Source: the human T2T-CHM13v2.0 reference genome, Homo sapiens. From it: DNA of 64,000 nt. Position numbers and translations under genes: made by a program. Shown here in pieces: positions 62,401 to 64,000 of this stretch. A model generated the notes under the pieces. It was not told the origin of the DNA. It worked only from the letters and a program-made list of their open reading frames with translations, and searched no databases. How positions within the stretch are numbered: the first letter of the stretch is position 1; every line of letters begins with the position of its first letter. The stretch is from NCBI RefSeq assembly GCF_009914755.1, contig NC_060935.1; one strand, 5' to 3'.

Positions 62401-64000
62401 CACAGCTATCTCCAAACACATCTGAGTTCATTTCAAAAGTGACCAAGGGAATCTCCGCACAAAAGTGCAGATTGAGGAATTGTGATGGGTCATTCCCAAG
62501 AATCCCCCAAGGGGCATCCCAAATCCCTGAGGAGTAACAGCTGCAAACCTGGTCAGTTCTCAGTGAGAGCCAGCTCACTTATAGCTTTGCTGCTAGAACC
62601 TGTTGTGGCTGCATTTCCTGGTGGCCAGTGACAACTGTGTAACCAGAATAGCTGCATGGCGCTGACCCTTTGGCCGGAACTTGGTCTCTTGGCTCCCTCC
62701 TTGGCCACCCACCACCTCTCGCACAGCCCCTCTGTTTTTACACCAATAACAAGAATTAAGGGGGAAGCCCTGGCAGCTATACGTTTTCAACCAGACTCCT
62801 TTGCCGGGACCCAGCCCGCCACCCTGCTCGCCTCCGTCAAACCCCCGGCCAATGCAGTGAGCACCATGTAGCTCCCTTGATTTAAAAAAAATAAAAAATA
62901 AAAAAAAAAGGAAAAAAAAATACAACACACACACAAAAATAAAAAAAATATTCTAATGAATGTATCTTTCTAAAGGACTGACGTTCAATCAAATATCTGA
63001 AAATACTAAAGGTCAAAACCTTGTCAGATGTTAACTTCTAAGTTCGGTTTGGGATTTTTTTTTTTTAATAGAAATCAAGTTGTTTTTGTTTTTAAGGAAA
63101 AGCGGGTCATTGCAAAGGGCTGGGTGTAATTTTATGTTTCATTTCCTTCATTTTAAAGCAATACAAGGTTATGGAGCAGATGGTTTTGTGCCGAATCATG
63201 AATACTAGTCAAGTCACACACTCTGGAAACTTGCAACTTTTTGTTTGTTTTGGTTTTCAAATAAATATAAATATGATATATATAGGAACTAATATAGTAA
63301 TGCACCATGTAACAAAGCCTAGTTCAGTCCATGGCTTTTAATTCTCTTAACACTATAGATAAGGATTGTGTTACAGTTGCTAGTAGCGGCAGGAAGATGT
63401 CAGGCTCACTTTCCTCTGATTCCCGAAATGGGGGGAACCTCTAACCATAAAGGAATGGTAGAACAGTCCATTCCTCGGATCAGAGAAAAATGCAGACATG
63501 GTGTCACCTGGATTTTTTTCTGCCCATGAATGTTGCCAGTCAGTACCTGTCCTCCTTGTTTCTCTATTTTTGGTTATGAATGTTGGGGTTACCACCTGCA
63601 TTTAGGGGAAAATTGTGTTCTGTGCTTTCCTGGTATCTTGTTCCGAGGTACTCTAGTTCTGTCTTTCAACCAAGAAAATAGAATTGTGGTGTTTCTTTTA
63701 TTGAACTTTTAACAGTCTCTTTAGTAAATACAGGTAGTTGAATAATTGTTTCAAGAGCTCAACAGATGACAAGCTTCTTTTCTAGAAATAAGACATTTTT
63801 TGACAACTTTATCATGTATAACAGATCTGTTTTTTTTCCTTGTGTTCTTCCAAGCTTCTGGTTAGAGAAAAAGAGAAAAAAAAAAAAGGAAAATGTGTCT
63901 AAAGTCCATCAGTGTTAACTCCCTGTGACAGGGATGAAGGAAAATACTTTAATAGTTCAAAAAATAATAATGCTGAAAGCTCTCTACGAAAGACTGAATG
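59462..64000 (+). other. KMT2A: KMT2A 3' UTR (probably continues just past the window end)
   Basis: Follows the stop codon, contains no Alu, has AATAAA hexamers at 61140, 62890, 62897, 62938 and 63260. Confidence 0.85.

Overview
Human (primate) genomic DNA: the KMT2A (MLL1) gene on the + strand, from the 3' end of intron 1 through coding exons 2-36 (36-exon RefSeq-style numbering) and about 4.5 kb of 3' UTR. Exon 1 and the distal poly(A) site lie outside the window. All 35 coding exons can be placed from their splice signals. They join into one open frame of 11,487 nt (3,829 codons including the stop, using the long exon-14 donor) encoding the LEDGF-binding motif, AT hooks, CXXC, PHD1-3, bromodomain, ePHD4, FYRN, Taspase-1 sites, TAD, FYRC, WIN and SET. 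The leukaemia breakpoint cluster region is present as an 8,330-bp BamHI interval (19114-27449). Introns are full of Alu, L1, L2, MIR, LTR and DNA-transposon fossils, including a near-full-length HSMAR2 mariner. This is a heavily studied locus, and I cannot demonstrate a new biological system from sequence alone. The best candidate is a solo Hsmar1 terminal repeat (a near-perfect SETMAR/Metnase binding site) inside the breakpoint region. It lies in the same intron as two G-quadruplex motifs and the TATTA hotspot, just upstream of an exon-embedded CTCF motif. Other notable items are a 2x2 splice switch in PHD3, a GC-AG intron right after the WIN motif, a stop-free exon 9-10 circle, and tandem miR-302-family sites beside a Pumilio element. 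Repeat boundaries and subfamily calls were made by eye and are approximate.
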